In this document: piece by piece, positions 1 to 13,635 of the stretch | Layout: every line of letters starts with the position of its first letter | How positions within the stretch are numbered: the first letter of the stretch is position 1 | NCBI GenBank assembly: GCA_003427395.1 | Contig: BFEA01000016.1 | Coordinates: 3,604,479-3,668,478, forward strand | DNA: 64,000 nt | Direction: 5' to 3' | Source: Chara braunii | Lineage: Eukaryota; Plantae; Charophyceae | Translations under genes and position numbers: made by a program | Notes under the pieces: model-generated | The model's input: only the letters and a program-made list of their open reading frames with translations | Told to the model about the DNA's origin: nothing | Databases searched by the model: none

Positions 1-294
1 ACACACACACACATAAAAATAAATAAAAAAAAATAAAAAAAACACGTTTGGCAGTGTATATTTCTTGGGAGATTCATTCCGATTTTGCTCATTCTACACA
101 CACACACACACACACACACCGACATTGCCATGCTTCACCAAATGAGCAAAATGGGATTGAATCTTCCCCTAGAACATGGAAGTATTCACTACCACAACAT
201 GGAGATATACACTGCCTAAGACCAAAAATGTGGCAGTGTATATTGTCATGTTCTAGCAACAGATTCATTCTCATTTTGGTCATCCTATTGATGG

Positions 295-368
<74 letters not shown>

Positions 369-699
369 CGCGTCCCCGTTTTCATGTGTTGCCACTTTTG
401 CATTTGACAACTACCTAGTCTATACTCACACCGGGATTTTCTTTTCAATATATGTCTGTCATGGTGTATCTTATTATGTTCTTGCGGAAGATTCCTTCTT
501 ATTTTGCACATTGGCAGGCTGCTTAGTTGATGCACACATGAAACTGTTGAATTCCATACATGAGTTCGAATCGAACTGCGACCACAGTCAAATAGTTATG
601 ATTTATAAAGGATCCGACAACGTCCCCCCGAATGATGAGCGTCCCTCGTGTTCTAAAGCAAACGTCCTCAATGTTGACTGGGCCAGATAATGCTCGTGC

Positions 700-1380
700 T
701 TGGGGTGCCCTGGCGTGAAGAGGATGCATGAGGGGGAGGAGGACGTCGCACAAGGAGGAGAAGGAGGTGGCGCGAGGGGGACGAGGGGTCGCACGAGGGG
801 TAGGACGAGCTCGGAAGAGGAGGAGGAGGAGGTCATACAAGGGGTAGGAGGAGGTTGGAAGACGATGTGAGCGGGGGAAGTGCAAATCGTACAAGGACGG
901 GGAAGAGGTCGTGTGGAGGTCGGAATAGGTGGGAGGTGGTCGTGCGAGCGGGATGTGGAGGTTAGACGAGGACTCATGAGGGGAGGAGGAGATCGCGCAA
1001 AGAGGAGGAGTTGGAGGAGGTCGGAAGAGAGGTGGGAGATGGTCGTGCAAGGGGGAAGAGGAGGTTTGAAGATGATGTGCGAGGGGGAAGTGCAAGTCGC
1101 GCAAGGCGGAAGAGGAGGTCCGAAAACAATGTGGGAGGGGGAAGTCCAGGTCGCGCAAGGACAGGGAGGACGTCGTGCAAGGGGGAGGAGGTAGTGGAAA
1201 GGGCAGGAGCAGATTGCACGATGGGGAGGAGAGGTTGCAAGAGATCGTGCGGGAAGGGGAGGGGAGGAGGGTGCCACGAGGGAGGATGAGGAGGTCGCAA
1301 GGTCGAATAAAGGGGATGTGTGGAGAGAGAGAGAGAGAGAGTCCGACTTGGGGAGGTAGAGAATCCGTCTTTTTGGGGGA
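700..1380. repeat. Purine-rich degenerate minisatellite
   Basis: Recurrent GCAAGGGG-RAGAGGAGGT-like units; explains the overlapping Pro/Ser- and Gly/Arg-rich ORFs. Confidence 0.7.
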
Positions 1381-3053
1381 GGGTAATTTGCCAAATACCG
1401 CCATAAATTGAGATATATGTCAAATCATCGCTGAAAGATTTGGGCACACTGGGATGGACTTTTGGGTTGGCATCTTTGTATTATGCCCCTGTCAGGCGGG
1501 TGTGAAAATTCGCAATTTGAGCCTCCGTGTTTGCACCTTGGTCTTTTACAATTGCAATTACAAAAAGTTGACAACTACAGGGGCATTTTGCAACGTTGGA
1601 CAATGTTTGCTAGGGGTATATTTCAAAGATGGGATCCTATGCCTGGGTTGTTTTGCAAAATGTTTTGTCATCATCCTTTGCCTCCTTGTTGTTAAGAGCA
1701 TCGGTTTTGCAGGGGGACCCTCCCGGCCGCATCACGTAGGATTTATGCAGGATTTTTTTCACGGTGGAGATTTCGCTGCGTCGGCTGAGTGCGCCAGCCA
1801 TACCTCTCGCAAACCCCTATGACAAGATAAGGTTATGCAAGGTACAACTCACCTCTGCCCAAGGGGCTGTCACCACCCTTAGACAAGCGTGTACCCGTCG
1901 AGCTATTGAACCACGTGCGAAAGCTACTCAGTTGCAATCGTAGAGGTGGCCTAGCTGAGGGCGTTTCTCGTACGCTATAGCATAAGGGGTACGCGTGGTC
2001 GTATGCCTTAATCAGACCCGTACGCGAGCCATCGCTATGAGGGCTGATGTCCCAAGCGTGACTCGGCGTCGGTCGACTAGGACGAGTCCGTCTAACCACG
2101 CGCTACACCACGCCAAAATATAAAACCAAGTTTCAGACGTAAATTGTCCTTACTAGTCCATTTTTGTATCAATCCCATAACCTTTTCGACATAGAAAACC
2201 AGTTGAGCGTCACACGCGAGACTCTTAATAAATATCACGTGGATGCAGGCTTCATCCCATCGACTACTCATGCATGAATACACAACTTGAAGCAGTCGCA
2301 GTGATGGCGTACTACGTAGTACCTATAATCACTCGACCCTCAATGATTCAGAGGGTCATTTTTTACACTAAAAGTGTCAACTGACACGCGTCTTGAGGGG
2401 TTAATCTATCGACGAGAGACAACCGTAAAGGCGGTTACGAGTCCTACCCTTTTCTGCACCTAGTGCAGGCGAGTGGTAGGCAGGCCTCGACTTTTTATAG
2501 CGGTTGAATACCTCTAACACTGAAAGTGGGGTTCCATCATCCAGGGCTTGAAAAGAGGTCAAGGGGTTCGACTTTGACAGTCGCTACGAACCTTAACGTC
2601 CAACTGTAAAAATTGTTACAAAAGACTTCTCATTTTCTCTCGATATAGCCTATTAAACCAATACGCACGATCATAATGAACCGCGCAGATATACCACATA
2701 CAACCAAAAATGGTTATAGAAACCGTGGCGGACACTCTCACATTCACATTGTGACTCCCTTCAAAATATACCTATGATCGCATGCAAAGTCAAATTTTGA
2801 CTTCCACTCACAAAACGTATCTGTAGTCACATCAAGGATTCAACATCGACAACCCACACAATACATGGGGTTAACTTCAACCACTCTCGACACTCATACC
2901 TCTTGCCTTATTCACACAAGCCCCAACCTTTGTCCAACCTTCCACGATAAAACACTCAGTCTTTTTTAAATGACCATTTAATAAAAGTTAAGGTAAAACC
3001 CAAAGGAACAATTCAACCCATAAGGGATAAGGCCTTTAGGTTGAGTGGTGAGA

Positions 3054-3158
3054 ACGAGTTAAGGTTGAGTCGAAAACCAATCGGTCGACAACCAACCAGT
3101 TGATAATAATTTTCGATTGGTTGCCGACCGATTGGTTTCCGACTCAACCTTAACTCGT
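3054..3158. repeat. Long inverted repeat (~42-bp arms, ~20-nt loop)
   Basis: ACGAGTTAAGGTTGAGTCGAAAACCAATCGGTCGACAACCAA ... TTGGTTGCCGACCGATTGGTTTCCGACTCAACCTTAACTCGT. Confidence 0.9.
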
Positions 3159-3418
3159 AGGATCACAGACGTTTCCGGTCTTTCCACGATAAAACACTCA
3201 AACGGTAACAGAAGATGATTCTCATAGGATCACATTGAGACTAATCAGATCGTGAATCTAAATAGTTGATCAATTACTTGTAATGTAGCACATACCAATC
3301 CCCAAAACTAAGTTATACGTGTATGGAGAATAAACCCCCATATTATATCTCACCTAAATGATTTGCAAGACTAAATCTAAATTTACCTCTTAAGTGAGTG
3401 CTAAGAAAACATAAGGGG

Positions 3419-4180
3419 AATTTTGACAGCATCTCCCCTATATAGGATGGATTGTAAAGATTTTCCTATCAAAATATAACATAGCTCTTTAAAACTAAGA
3501 AAATTTTGACAGCATTCCCGTTATAAAAAATGTATTTCCATAATTTATACTTGGTTGAATATGAAATCTAAAAGTTATCCTCAACTTTAGAGAGTTAAAT
3601 TTTGTCTAACTCTATAAATTATTAACAATTTTAGCAGCATCTCCTTTAGAGAAGTGAGTTTCTCAAATTTATACAAAGTCGGATATGAACTTGAGACAAG
3701 ACTTGAGTCTTATCAAGACAAAATTTAACTAATAACAATTTTGGCAGCATCTCCTTTAGAGAAGTAAGTTTCTCAAATTTATACAAAGTCTGATATGAAC
3801 TTGAGATAAGACTTGAGTCCTACCAAGACAAAATTTAATTAACTCTTTGTATTTGTAGAAATTTCGACAGCCCTCCCTGTAGAGAAGTGTTTTCTAAGTT
3901 TTGTACAAAGCGAAATACGAAGTCTGAAAATAATTTTGACTTAACAAAGTCTAATTTTGTCCAACTCTCTTATTTAATAAAAATTTGGGCAGCACTTCCC
4001 TTAGAAAATAAGGCTTCATAAGTTTCTACTTACCGAGATATGAAACAGACAAAAAATGAACTTTAAAAAGTCAAAATTTAACTAACTCCTTGGTTTTGTA
4101 AAAAATGTGCAGCACTTCCCTAAGTGAAAGTAGTTTTCCAAAATTTATACAAAGTCAAATATGAAAAATAAACTTAACTC
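3419..4180. repeat. Degenerate AT-rich tandem repeat, mostly 110-125-bp units, about 7 copies
   Basis: AATTTT-RCAGCATCTCC...AGAGAAGT...CAAATTTATACAAAGTC recurring at about 3419, 3502, 3627, 3737, 3860, 3983, 4103. Confidence 0.85.
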
Positions 4181-5197
4181 GAGTCTCCATCAGAGAACGC
4201 GGTACCAGTGGGTTGTTTATGAGATGTAGATAATCGAGTGGTTAGCCGTGGTGAGAACCTAATCTGAAGTCAAACGTGCTTACTTCTTTTATATCAATAT
4301 TGAATTAAGTCTGCAGTCCGGGGATGCACGTTGCTCATACTAATAATGATTAGAGTCTCCATCAGAGAAAGTGGTACCTAACCCTACTTCGTCGATTTTT
4401 AAGTGAACAATGAAAATTTTTTTCCAAGAGAGTGAACCGACTTACATCAAAACAACAACGTACTATGACTATAGCTATTAAAAAAGCTCATATATTGGCA
4501 TTGATTTCGTTTCTTAATAATGAAAATTAAAAATTTAGATACAATATGAACAAATTAATATCTTGTATATTGCATATCAAGTATATAAATCATAATCAAC
4601 AATGGACTGATCCGTTTTATAGATTTATTTCGTTTTTTTTTTTTTTTTTATCTACTTCGATGAAGTAGATAGAAAAAGAAAAAAATAATAAAATATTCAC
4701 TTTACTAAGAAACTCCACTATAGTAAGTCAAATAAAAAGAGATAATGAAAGATCAAAGGTGACCATAAAATTGTATTTTTATTGTCTTTTATAACAATAA
4801 AGAAGAAGTAAAACAAACAAATACTTGATTTCGAAAAGTATTACAAGAAAATAAATTAGTTAGTACTCTCAGGGATAATAGGAACCCATTATACTTGTTT
4901 GTTAAATCCCTTAAGTGAGGAGACTTTTATGAATCCTTTGAAGAAAAAAAAAGAAAAAAAAAAGCAAAAAATATTGAAATTGAACTAACTCATATAGCTT
5001 CTGCATTTGACAAACATTTAAAGCAACTACATATCAAAACGGATACTTAGACTAAGTAGAGATTACACTCAACCATATGCAAGTCAAATACCACAATGGG
5101 TAGGTACTCTCACTATAATTTCAAGTTGTTTTTATATAAGATAATTAATTGATCCTCCATATGATTATCCTTTTTACCTAATTTATGTATGCATGAC

Positions 5198-5953
5198 GCT
5201 TGACCATTCAACTTAGAAGCAATGTCGAACATATTTTATGTTGTACACAAATAAGTTGCACAACTACTTATTTATTCGTTGGGCATGCGACTAAAACATT
5301 TAGCTTAGCAACAATGCATATTCGTTCTTAACTGTTTAAATATTCAAAATTTAACAACTCTCTAACTTGTCTTCAAAATATGGGTTGGGGACTGAGTCAT
5401 TCAACTTATAAACAATGTTCATCTTGCCTAGTTTACTTCCAATTATACTTTCGACTTTATCTCTCTTCTCAGTGATATGGCTTAAGTTGAACCATTCGGC
5501 TTTGAAACAATGTTCAGGTGTTTGTTCACATGCAAATATAGATAAAATATTTTTAATTAGACTCATTCGTACTTAGGGTGTGGTTTCAGGTTAAACCATT
5601 CGGCTTGAAAACAATGCCTAGCCCCTCCACAAAAATCCTCCCCCATAATGAAACAAACGACTTAACCATTCAACTTAGAAACAATGCCCGGTCTATCCCA
5701 AGTCACAAAAAAATATGAAGTTGGATCATTCGAGTTGGAAATAATGTCCAACTTCAGTTAAAAAACCCTAAAGAAAGAAATAGACCAAGTCATTCAGCTT
5801 AGAAACAATGTTTGGTCTCAAAAGTTAGACAGGCAAACCCTCAAAAATAAACACAGCAACCACATCATTCAGCTTAGAAACAATGTCTGGTCCTTAAAAA
5901 AACAAGCAGTAAAACATAGCACTGGATCATTCAACTGAGAAGCAATTCTCAAT
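5198..5953. repeat. Array of 10 interspaced bulged-hairpin motifs (core CATTCARCTTAGAAACAATG)
   Basis: Core starts at 5205, 5297, 5398, 5493, 5597, 5667, 5727, 5791, 5866, 5928. Spacers are unrelated to each other; the flanks of most cores are self-complementary. Confidence 0.85.
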
Positions 5954-8759
5954 CTTTGGTTGACCCGGTTAAACACATGCAAAATTGTTTTCCTCCCACC
6001 TTCCCTCAATTCATCCCTTAGTCTGATTTCAGTCAAAACAAGAAGGAAACTGAAATTCATGCATGCATTCGTTTTACTTAATCTAATTAAGTTATGAAAG
6101 AGTAACAAAATCATAAGGGAACACATGCATATCTCTCAGACAACCTAGAGAGATGTAATGATAGGGGTATAGTGGGCTCACACAGGCACATGAAATTATA
6201 CATGACAGTTCTCTGCCTCCAAAACCTCGCCTAGGCTTCGGTAGAGTTTTCGCAATCGGTGGGGCAAACCTCCCACAAATGCCTTATCATGAATTACGGG
6301 TTGCGATCCCGCCTACCACCTTCCTCATTGAACCAACTAAACTAGGCTGGGAGTAAGAACGGCAGAAAGAGAAACATTAAGCATCTCAGATACAAAGGAG
6401 GTGCATTCAGACTCGAATGAAAGGGTCTTGAAACCCTCATTCGCCTAAGGGTTCTGCAATGGCGGTTAAGGATAGAAGCAAATTGGTCAAACAGAGGCGG
6501 AAACACATAATACTTGCCCATGACGAACCTCCAAGTCGTAATGTTAACTAAAGACAGCAGCAGCCCAAGGTTCTATAGTAACAGCAATACCCACCTGAGA
6601 AGCGAAGGAGGGCAGTATGGTAACTACTAGCAACGAAAAACCCAACTTAAAAGTTTACGGTGGCAACCGGAGACCAAACTTCGGTAGCAATAACTTGATG
6701 AAAAGTAACATGGCCCTGAAAAGGAACAATGGTCTGTTGGGAAGTTGCCTTTTCAAACCACACCCTTCAAACGACCAACAACTGCTTGTGCAAGGGAAAT
6801 CAGTAGAATTTGTCGTAAGGAAGAAGCTGCAACGGGTCCTCCACCTCATAGCAGCAGTAAGTTGCGGCAGAATCAACAATCAATCAACCGAATTTCTTTA
6901 TCAATAGTTCTCCCACTAGAACATAGCCTCAAACAAAGAACACCACAACTCTCCATCAACTAAAAACGATCATGCACCGACACTGATAGACCCTAAGGAT
7001 AACTCGTAATTTATCAATCCTTGCTTTTGACAATCCTCGTGAGAAGCTGGCCACGAGGACAAGTCCCCTCATAGCTTATTTAGCAGGCTGAAGTCTCATT
7101 TGTTGGCGGAACTGACCAGCCAAAACCACTCCATTAACTGAGAATTGCCATTCACTATCTCAAGATGAGCTCAATAGTTTTCTGCAACCAACCTCTTCTT
7201 TTTTTCCCCGCTGTCTGTTTCTACTTCCTCCTCGCTTTGACACACGTCCTCTCTAACTTTTCTTCTTTTTTTTCACATCCTTCCCTCTGTTTTTAACCTC
7301 AATGAGTCTGACCGATCCCGGCCAGGCAAGTATAAACTTGGCCCCACGAAGCAAAAAAGGTCAATATCGCTTAATAAAACATAGCGACAGGGGAACTATG
7401 GACAACATCTGGGGCACCTGCTAATCAACATGTATGTGGCAAAGAGCACAATGAGCGTAAACACAACCCTAACATTGCTGACCTGCTTCTTGACCCCAAT
7501 GAAAGCAGTTGCGGCAAACGTCTCAAGCGCACGCATTCAACACGATTACAATGGGTGGAGGGGCTTGGCGGCATGACGACGACCGTAATCAACGATCAAG
7601 AAGATGGTTAGAATAGGCTTCCTTCCGCTACTCACCAAACATGCAACATGAAAGTGAATCTCTCGCTGGAACACATGAAGATACGTCTTATTAGCGAACG
7701 CAAAAGCCACGATGACAAACAATGTTGGAACCACTTGGACAAGCACGATCGCTATGACACAACAAAACGAGCAGCATGACGACCATGATCCCTGCCTCAA
7801 GGGGCAATGCGACTACCAACAGTCGAGTCTTTATGATGATGAGCAGTGTAACCAATAAGAAGCACTGCGATCATGACAACGAGCGCAAAACAAGAGTGCA
7901 ACCAAGGTGAACTCTCTACGAGGAGCAAGTTCGTGGCCACAACAACGAGCACAATCACCACCATCGAACCCATCGAGCAAAGCGTCCCCCCCACTAAACG
8001 CGCAGATGAGAGTGAGTCTTTTGTTAGATCTTGGGCGGATACAGCGCGTGCATATGGAATGAACTTCCCTCTAAAATACGGTTGGATACTCACGCTGTCC
8101 TCCTTTGTTATACTCCCCCCTCACACTCAATTTTATCCACCTCGTCGCTTTGTCATCTCTTGCCTAACACCTCTCATGGCGGACCACGCAACACCTGACC
8201 ACGGTACAGCCAAAAACACCAACTAACTCTAAAATCCGACTTCGCTATCCGATTCGCTCACCACCAAAACCCTTACGTCATAGTTCTCCCCTCCCAGCAT
8301 ATCTACTCTCAACTCCTCCCCGCACATTTTTTTCCTATTTTATTTGCGTGCTCACGTTCACCAATCCCCCGCCCTCTCTTTGTCTTCATGCCCGCAACTG
8401 GCTAGCTTTTCGGTCCAATTCATATGGTCGTCGACGGGGTCAGGTAGCTCGAACGGGAAAAGCAGTCTCGAATGAGATGATCGTCTTCGGTGAATACGAG
8501 AGCGGTGGCCGCGACAATGAGTACAACTAATGCTAACTTCGTTAGAAAGAAGCACGATAATCAACACACAAATATCCACCACGACCACGAAATTAACTAC
8601 CTTGTGCTGGTAAGCTCCTCCCTTTTCCCTTTTCATAAGCTTCCCTTTCACTTTCGCCTCTCTCTTTGCTCTGTGCTAGTTTCAGCCAGGTCACGCATTA
8701 CGACGCAATAACCACATTTGCCTGCTGAGCATGCGCAAATAAAAAAATGATCAAAAGAA

Positions 8760-8807
8760 AAACAAGATATAATCTCTATTTATGTGTGTCATCCTTGTGC
8801 AGGGACC

Positions 8808-8839
<32 letters not shown>

Positions 8840-8857
8840 ACGGATGTCTCGAAGGAC
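8760..8857 (-). pseudogene. U6: U6 snRNA copy, near full length, probably a pseudogene
   Basis: Reverse complement GTCCTTCGAGACATCCGTTAAAATTGGAACGATACAGAGAAGATTAGCATGGTCCCTGCACAAGGATGACACACATAAATAGAG. ACAGAGA box intact, internal stem-loop and 3' end mutated, no USE/TATA recognised upstream. Confidence 0.88.
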
Positions 8858-11115
8858 CGAACACCGGGCGACGGACCAGAGATATCATCATCGAACTGAT
8901 CGGCCCAAAGTAACTCAGAATTGCAGGGTTTTGCTCATCTACCCCCAGCGGAGTTCAAATTCGCATTTGTATTTGAACAACTCATGGGGTACTAACTGAG
9001 CTAGGCCAATGGGATTTTTCATGAATAAAGTAAAGAAAAATAAATAACAAAAAAAAAGAAAGGAAATTGGGACAAGGGGAGGAAAGAACTGCTCGTACCT
9101 CCCTAATCCCGTTGATCGAACCTGCGATCAAGACCATCAGCAAAACTGAGAGGATAGCCTCACCAGACCCTCAACCCTTCAGTTTCCTTCAGACACTCCG
9201 CCGCTCCTGTGTTGTCATCCGTTGGTTTTTATCCTTGAGTCTGCAGTGTGGAAGTCCGACATCTTAATCAATTGTGTTAGGCCCAAGGTTGGTTCTTGCA
9301 TTAGTGGAAACCCATTTAAAGGGTTTCAACTCGTTGCGTGGCTTCGCCATACACTCCTAAAACTACTCCTTGGTCTACCGGTCAGACTTACAGTTGTCGC
9401 TCCTCACACTTGCCGTAGGAAGGACCGAGCCCCACTCATAACCACCGCATACACTGCTTACTATGCCAAATTGTAGCCCCATATGGGCAATCAGAATGCC
9501 TTATCCTGCCGTGTGCTACATGGCTTAAACAAAACTTTAGACGGCCACCTCTATAAAATATGCGACATCTATGGTCGGGTCTGACGCCGGTCATAGCTAT
9601 ACTGCCTCTATGTGCACGCACACGCTGCTGTTACACATACCAAGTCGAAGGAAACAGACCATTTAATTCCTTGTTTAATCAAAATCAAAAGTTGGTCGAC
9701 GAAGGCGCTGACTCTATAACATCAACAAGAAAAAACACGTTTGGAATTCGGGATCGCCCGAAAGTGCAAACACTGGGGGCGACGGAGGGACCATAGTAGT
9801 GATTGATGCCAGACATCACAAAGGGTCCTATGGAGAACACAGATTTGATTGATCATTCACACGGCGTCCATCCAGGTCGCAGTTGCCAAGCCTCTGCCGG
9901 CTTACTTACAGTCGCTAACTAAGGACGGATTACTGGGGCAAAATTCCTTGGACTTCCAACTCCGCGCCCACACAGTCTCTCCTCTCAATCAAACATTTCA
10001 TCTGCGTAAGAGAAAATGTAGCCACGATTCACGCGGTGCACTCAGATTTTTAAGTCGGAACTTATTTTCTGTCACTTGCAAAAACCATGACGGATACCAT
10101 TGTAAGGCTATTAGCACCGACAACGTAGTCGCAACAGGTCCAGTTGTATTTTTCAAAATTTTTGTGTGACACAACTAGGAAGGCGTCTATCTTTGCGAAA
10201 AAGGAGGGAACTAATATACTCGACAATGCCTTAAACCAATACTTCATTCGGAGCTAAATTGCATAACCAAAATTTGCATTTTCCCCAACCAACAATTTAC
10301 AATGCACGTTATTGTTTTTCTTTGAGGAAGGTAATTATGCCAGCCTACCTTGCAACTTAAGTGTTGTACCTCGTGTCAGCAAATGGCACCAAAAGATAAG
10401 AGGGGGGGGGAAATAAATTGAGATCGATGACATCTTGGAAGACCCTACTCACACTAGTATTTTTAATAATGTATCTGACCATTATTGCAGGCAATTTTAT
10501 TTATTTATTTATTTCTTAGTGCCCTGCCAACGAGGTGGGGCGTTTTCCACATGCTTGGAAATGCCCTAACTGAGGGCATACTCACCTAATACTTTTAAAA
10601 TGTATTTCACTGCTAATTTTTTTTTTTCTGCCCAATTTTCTATGGGAAGACCCTCACGGAGGCCACCCTCTTTGGGAAGACCCTCATTGTGGGCATACTC
10701 ACACAAGGACTTTTTATAATGTAGTTGACCTTATTCCGTCTAAATTTTTTATTTTTTTTCTCGTGTTGTCTCTATTTAAGATCGAATCTCTCTTTTCTTT
10801 TCTCCGATTTCGATAGATTGTTTTGGGCCCACAAACCTTTCCTCTCTCAACCTACGTCTTGTCTGACCTCTATAGATTTTCCTGTGGGAATCGATCCGAG
10901 AAAAAATTATAATTATGAGGCACTTGAAGTGGTGGTTTAACCGAATACCATATTGTTCTAAAGATCCCAGATGATCAGTATAAATTTAATGAAGACAACC
11001 TATAATGGTAACTTCTTCATCGTTATATTACCAAGAAAATAAAACTTGTCTTTAATATTGCACTTACATAACAGAGTTCCCATGTGAGAGGCGAAAATGT
11101 CATCCATAAAATCTT

Positions 11116-11646
11116 GAGGACCTTTTAAGTTACGAGACTAAGTGTGAGAATAGTTGTGTTTGAGTTTTTAATTGTCAACAGAGTTTCTTTGCACTCTCGT
11201 GGTGTATGAAAAAATGAGAAGTAATGTTAGGATTTCTCAATTTTGAACTGAGTACCTAAGGTTGACGTGAAGATGGAAGTAACAACTCTTCGGTTTGTTT
11301 CCCAAGGTTTGTTGTTGGTACCTTTGCGAGTTATAATCAGTCTTTTAGCAAATTCGTAATGCTACTTTTTTTCTTATTTGCTCTTCAAGAGTGTTGGTTA
11401 TGGTGGTCAACGGAAACCAATAGGGTTGCTCGCCATACGGATACTTATGTCTGTTTTTTTTTTTTTTTTACTATGATATCGTATTTCTCTTGTTCTTGTG
11501 TCATTATCTTCTCCTTTGATCTTTAATCGTCTATGTCTACCTTCTCGTCCTTGTTTGATGTTTTTCTCTTCTCTCTCCTTCTCACTTTGGCAGGTCACAA
11601 GTCTGTGTGGATTGTCGATGAATGTCAACTTTGTAGTTGTTGAATA
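11116..11646 (+). repeat. 5' direct repeat (pLTR-like) of the Penelope-like element
   Basis: Collinear with 16478-17092 (shared GAGGACCTTTTA, ACTCTTCGGTTTGTTTCCCAAGGT, GTGTGGATTGTCGATGAATGTCAACTTTG), with many substitutions and indels. Confidence 0.85.
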
Positions 11647-13350
11647 CCAGATAACTTACTTTCATGAGGTAACCATCGTAGAGGTAGTACTACGCTTTAG
11701 TGGCTTCGAAGTGTAGCATTATTAATGTTCGTTAACGTTTTCGCCACGATCGCTGACATGACATCCTCTTTGTTTCTTATAATCTCCCATAACCGTGACT
11801 GTGGTCAACCAAGTCACTTTGCTATGTACCGTTCTCTCCTCGATAAGAGATTCTCTGCTATTTTTGTTGCTTTTATTCCTACACATCCCGGTAATACTAT
11901 TGATTGGGTTCAAACTCCTTTGTTGAGTCTACCGCCTCCAAATACTACCTCGTTGACTGTCCTTCGTACCTTTGTCCCTCCTGCCATACCATACGGAACA
12001 GGGGATGGTCACAGACGAAGGTAAATTCTGACAACGAGTGGAAACGATTAAAGGTACGGTGGAGACGATGAAGCTGGAACATGATGAGGAGTTTGCACGA
12101 TAACATGCGAAAAAGGTAGAAGAAAAAAAAAAAAAAAAAAAAAGGAAGAGCATAAATGAGTCCAATAAAAGAAAAAAACAAGATGAGTTCTTTGGATATT
12201 TTAACGAGAAATTGGTAAATCATTGGATATCATGTGTGATGGCTTCATGAGTAAGAATGAAAAAAATAGAGATGAGGTTACTAAATTAAAGAAGGATATT
12301 GAAGACTTACCATGGGCGTAGCTAGGAACATAAATTTTATGGGTAATGGAATATGAGGTTGAGCGAGTTAGGTGAAAACAAAAAGAGTGGAGGATCATAT
12401 TAGAAAGGAGACTTGCAATGGTAGAAGCGGAGATTATAAGTAAGTGAAGGAAGCATGAGGAACCGGTGGCAAATGCTAAGGCTTGGAAGGCAGTGGCAAT
12501 GAGGTATGAAAATAAGCATGGGAGTCTGTTGATCGGTCTCACCCCGACCTCATTTAACACCATCGAAAAGTTTGGAGCTATGCGGTATTATTAGAGAGGA
12601 GTATAAGGGAGTAAAATTGAGCGGCCCACATGAAAGTCAATGTGCTTAAGGAGTTTCAACTTTTAAAGTTGCATGGAAGAGGGGAAGTAAAGCAGAAGTT
12701 ATAACAAGTGAAGTAACAGATGACCAGACTGGAAGTGGGGAATCAACAGAAGACAACGGACACTAACCTTGAAGAACGACTTGATGCTGCAATGGTAACA
12801 ACTGCAGAAAAATCAACGAAAGAGAAAAAAACGATTTTCTCAATTCCGGATGTAATCCAGAGGAATGGTAAAAAAGTTTTCATGAAAGAAACAATAAGAA
12901 TTTAAAAAATTATAAAGAATGATATTACTATGACTAAATCCTCAGAAGAGGCTATTACTTATTCCATGTTGGAAAAAACGAAGGAATAAAAATTGTTATT
13001 AGACAATTGGAGACTGTTTTTCAAAGAGCATGACCCTCTTTGTGGTTTGAAGATAGGTGGTATAGCGATTCGCGAAGTCAGCGAGAATAATGACAACCGG
13101 TAAGATAGATGGGGATAACTCTGCTACATCCTAGGATCGATCCACAACGAGACACGTTCATGAAAGTATGTCAATTTCTGCATTCTTATTCGATCTTCCT
13201 CTATGAAGCAGTTGAGAGTTGAGATGTTGAATTCATTGTTGTGTCTATTGGTTGTATTGCTTATCTTGTGTGGTGAGATCCCCTAGGGCGTAAAGTTTGT
13301 TAACTATTTATGTTGTGTTTGGTCCAACGATTGATTTCGGCTCATGTTAG

Positions 13351-13635
13351 GGACCGGTTGTCTATGCGTTGGTGTTTCCTTGGTGTCGTCACACATATAT
13401 AGGTAGCAAAGTACAAGATTTACAAACTAGATGAAGCAAGCATGCCTATAGATAATGCAACCAAACATTGATTAGTAAGGGATACAGGAATGAGAAAGTT
13501 TACCAATGGTTTCAAAGATGTGATATCCAATGATATGTGACCATTCCATTGTTTTTTTGCCTTGACAATGAGTTGCTGAACAACGATAATTTTTTTATTA
13601 ATTATTCCTCATGTTCATTAAATGCACGAGATAAT
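13351..13635 (+). pseudogene. GIY-YIG endonuclease remnant of the Penelope-like element
   Basis: GPVVYALVFPWCRHTYIGSKVQDLQTR*SKH...VYQWF...IPL...FINYSSCSLN, with in-frame stops. Confidence 0.75.

Noticed and set aside
523-1447. Long overlapping Pro/Ser-rich ORFs (up to 293 aa)
   Set aside because: Products of a purine/pyrimidine-skewed degenerate repeat; open in several frames with no domain motifs
1381-1665. Mutator/MITE-like terminal motifs (GGGCATTTTGCAA)
   Set aside because: No matching inverted partner or TSD found in the window
5198-5953. True CRISPR array
   Set aside because: Eukaryotic context, degenerate repeats, uneven period (60-104 nt) and no cas genes; kept as a hairpin array instead
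8760-8857. Functional U6 gene
   Set aside because: Mutated internal stem-loop and 3' end; no recognisable USE or TATA upstream
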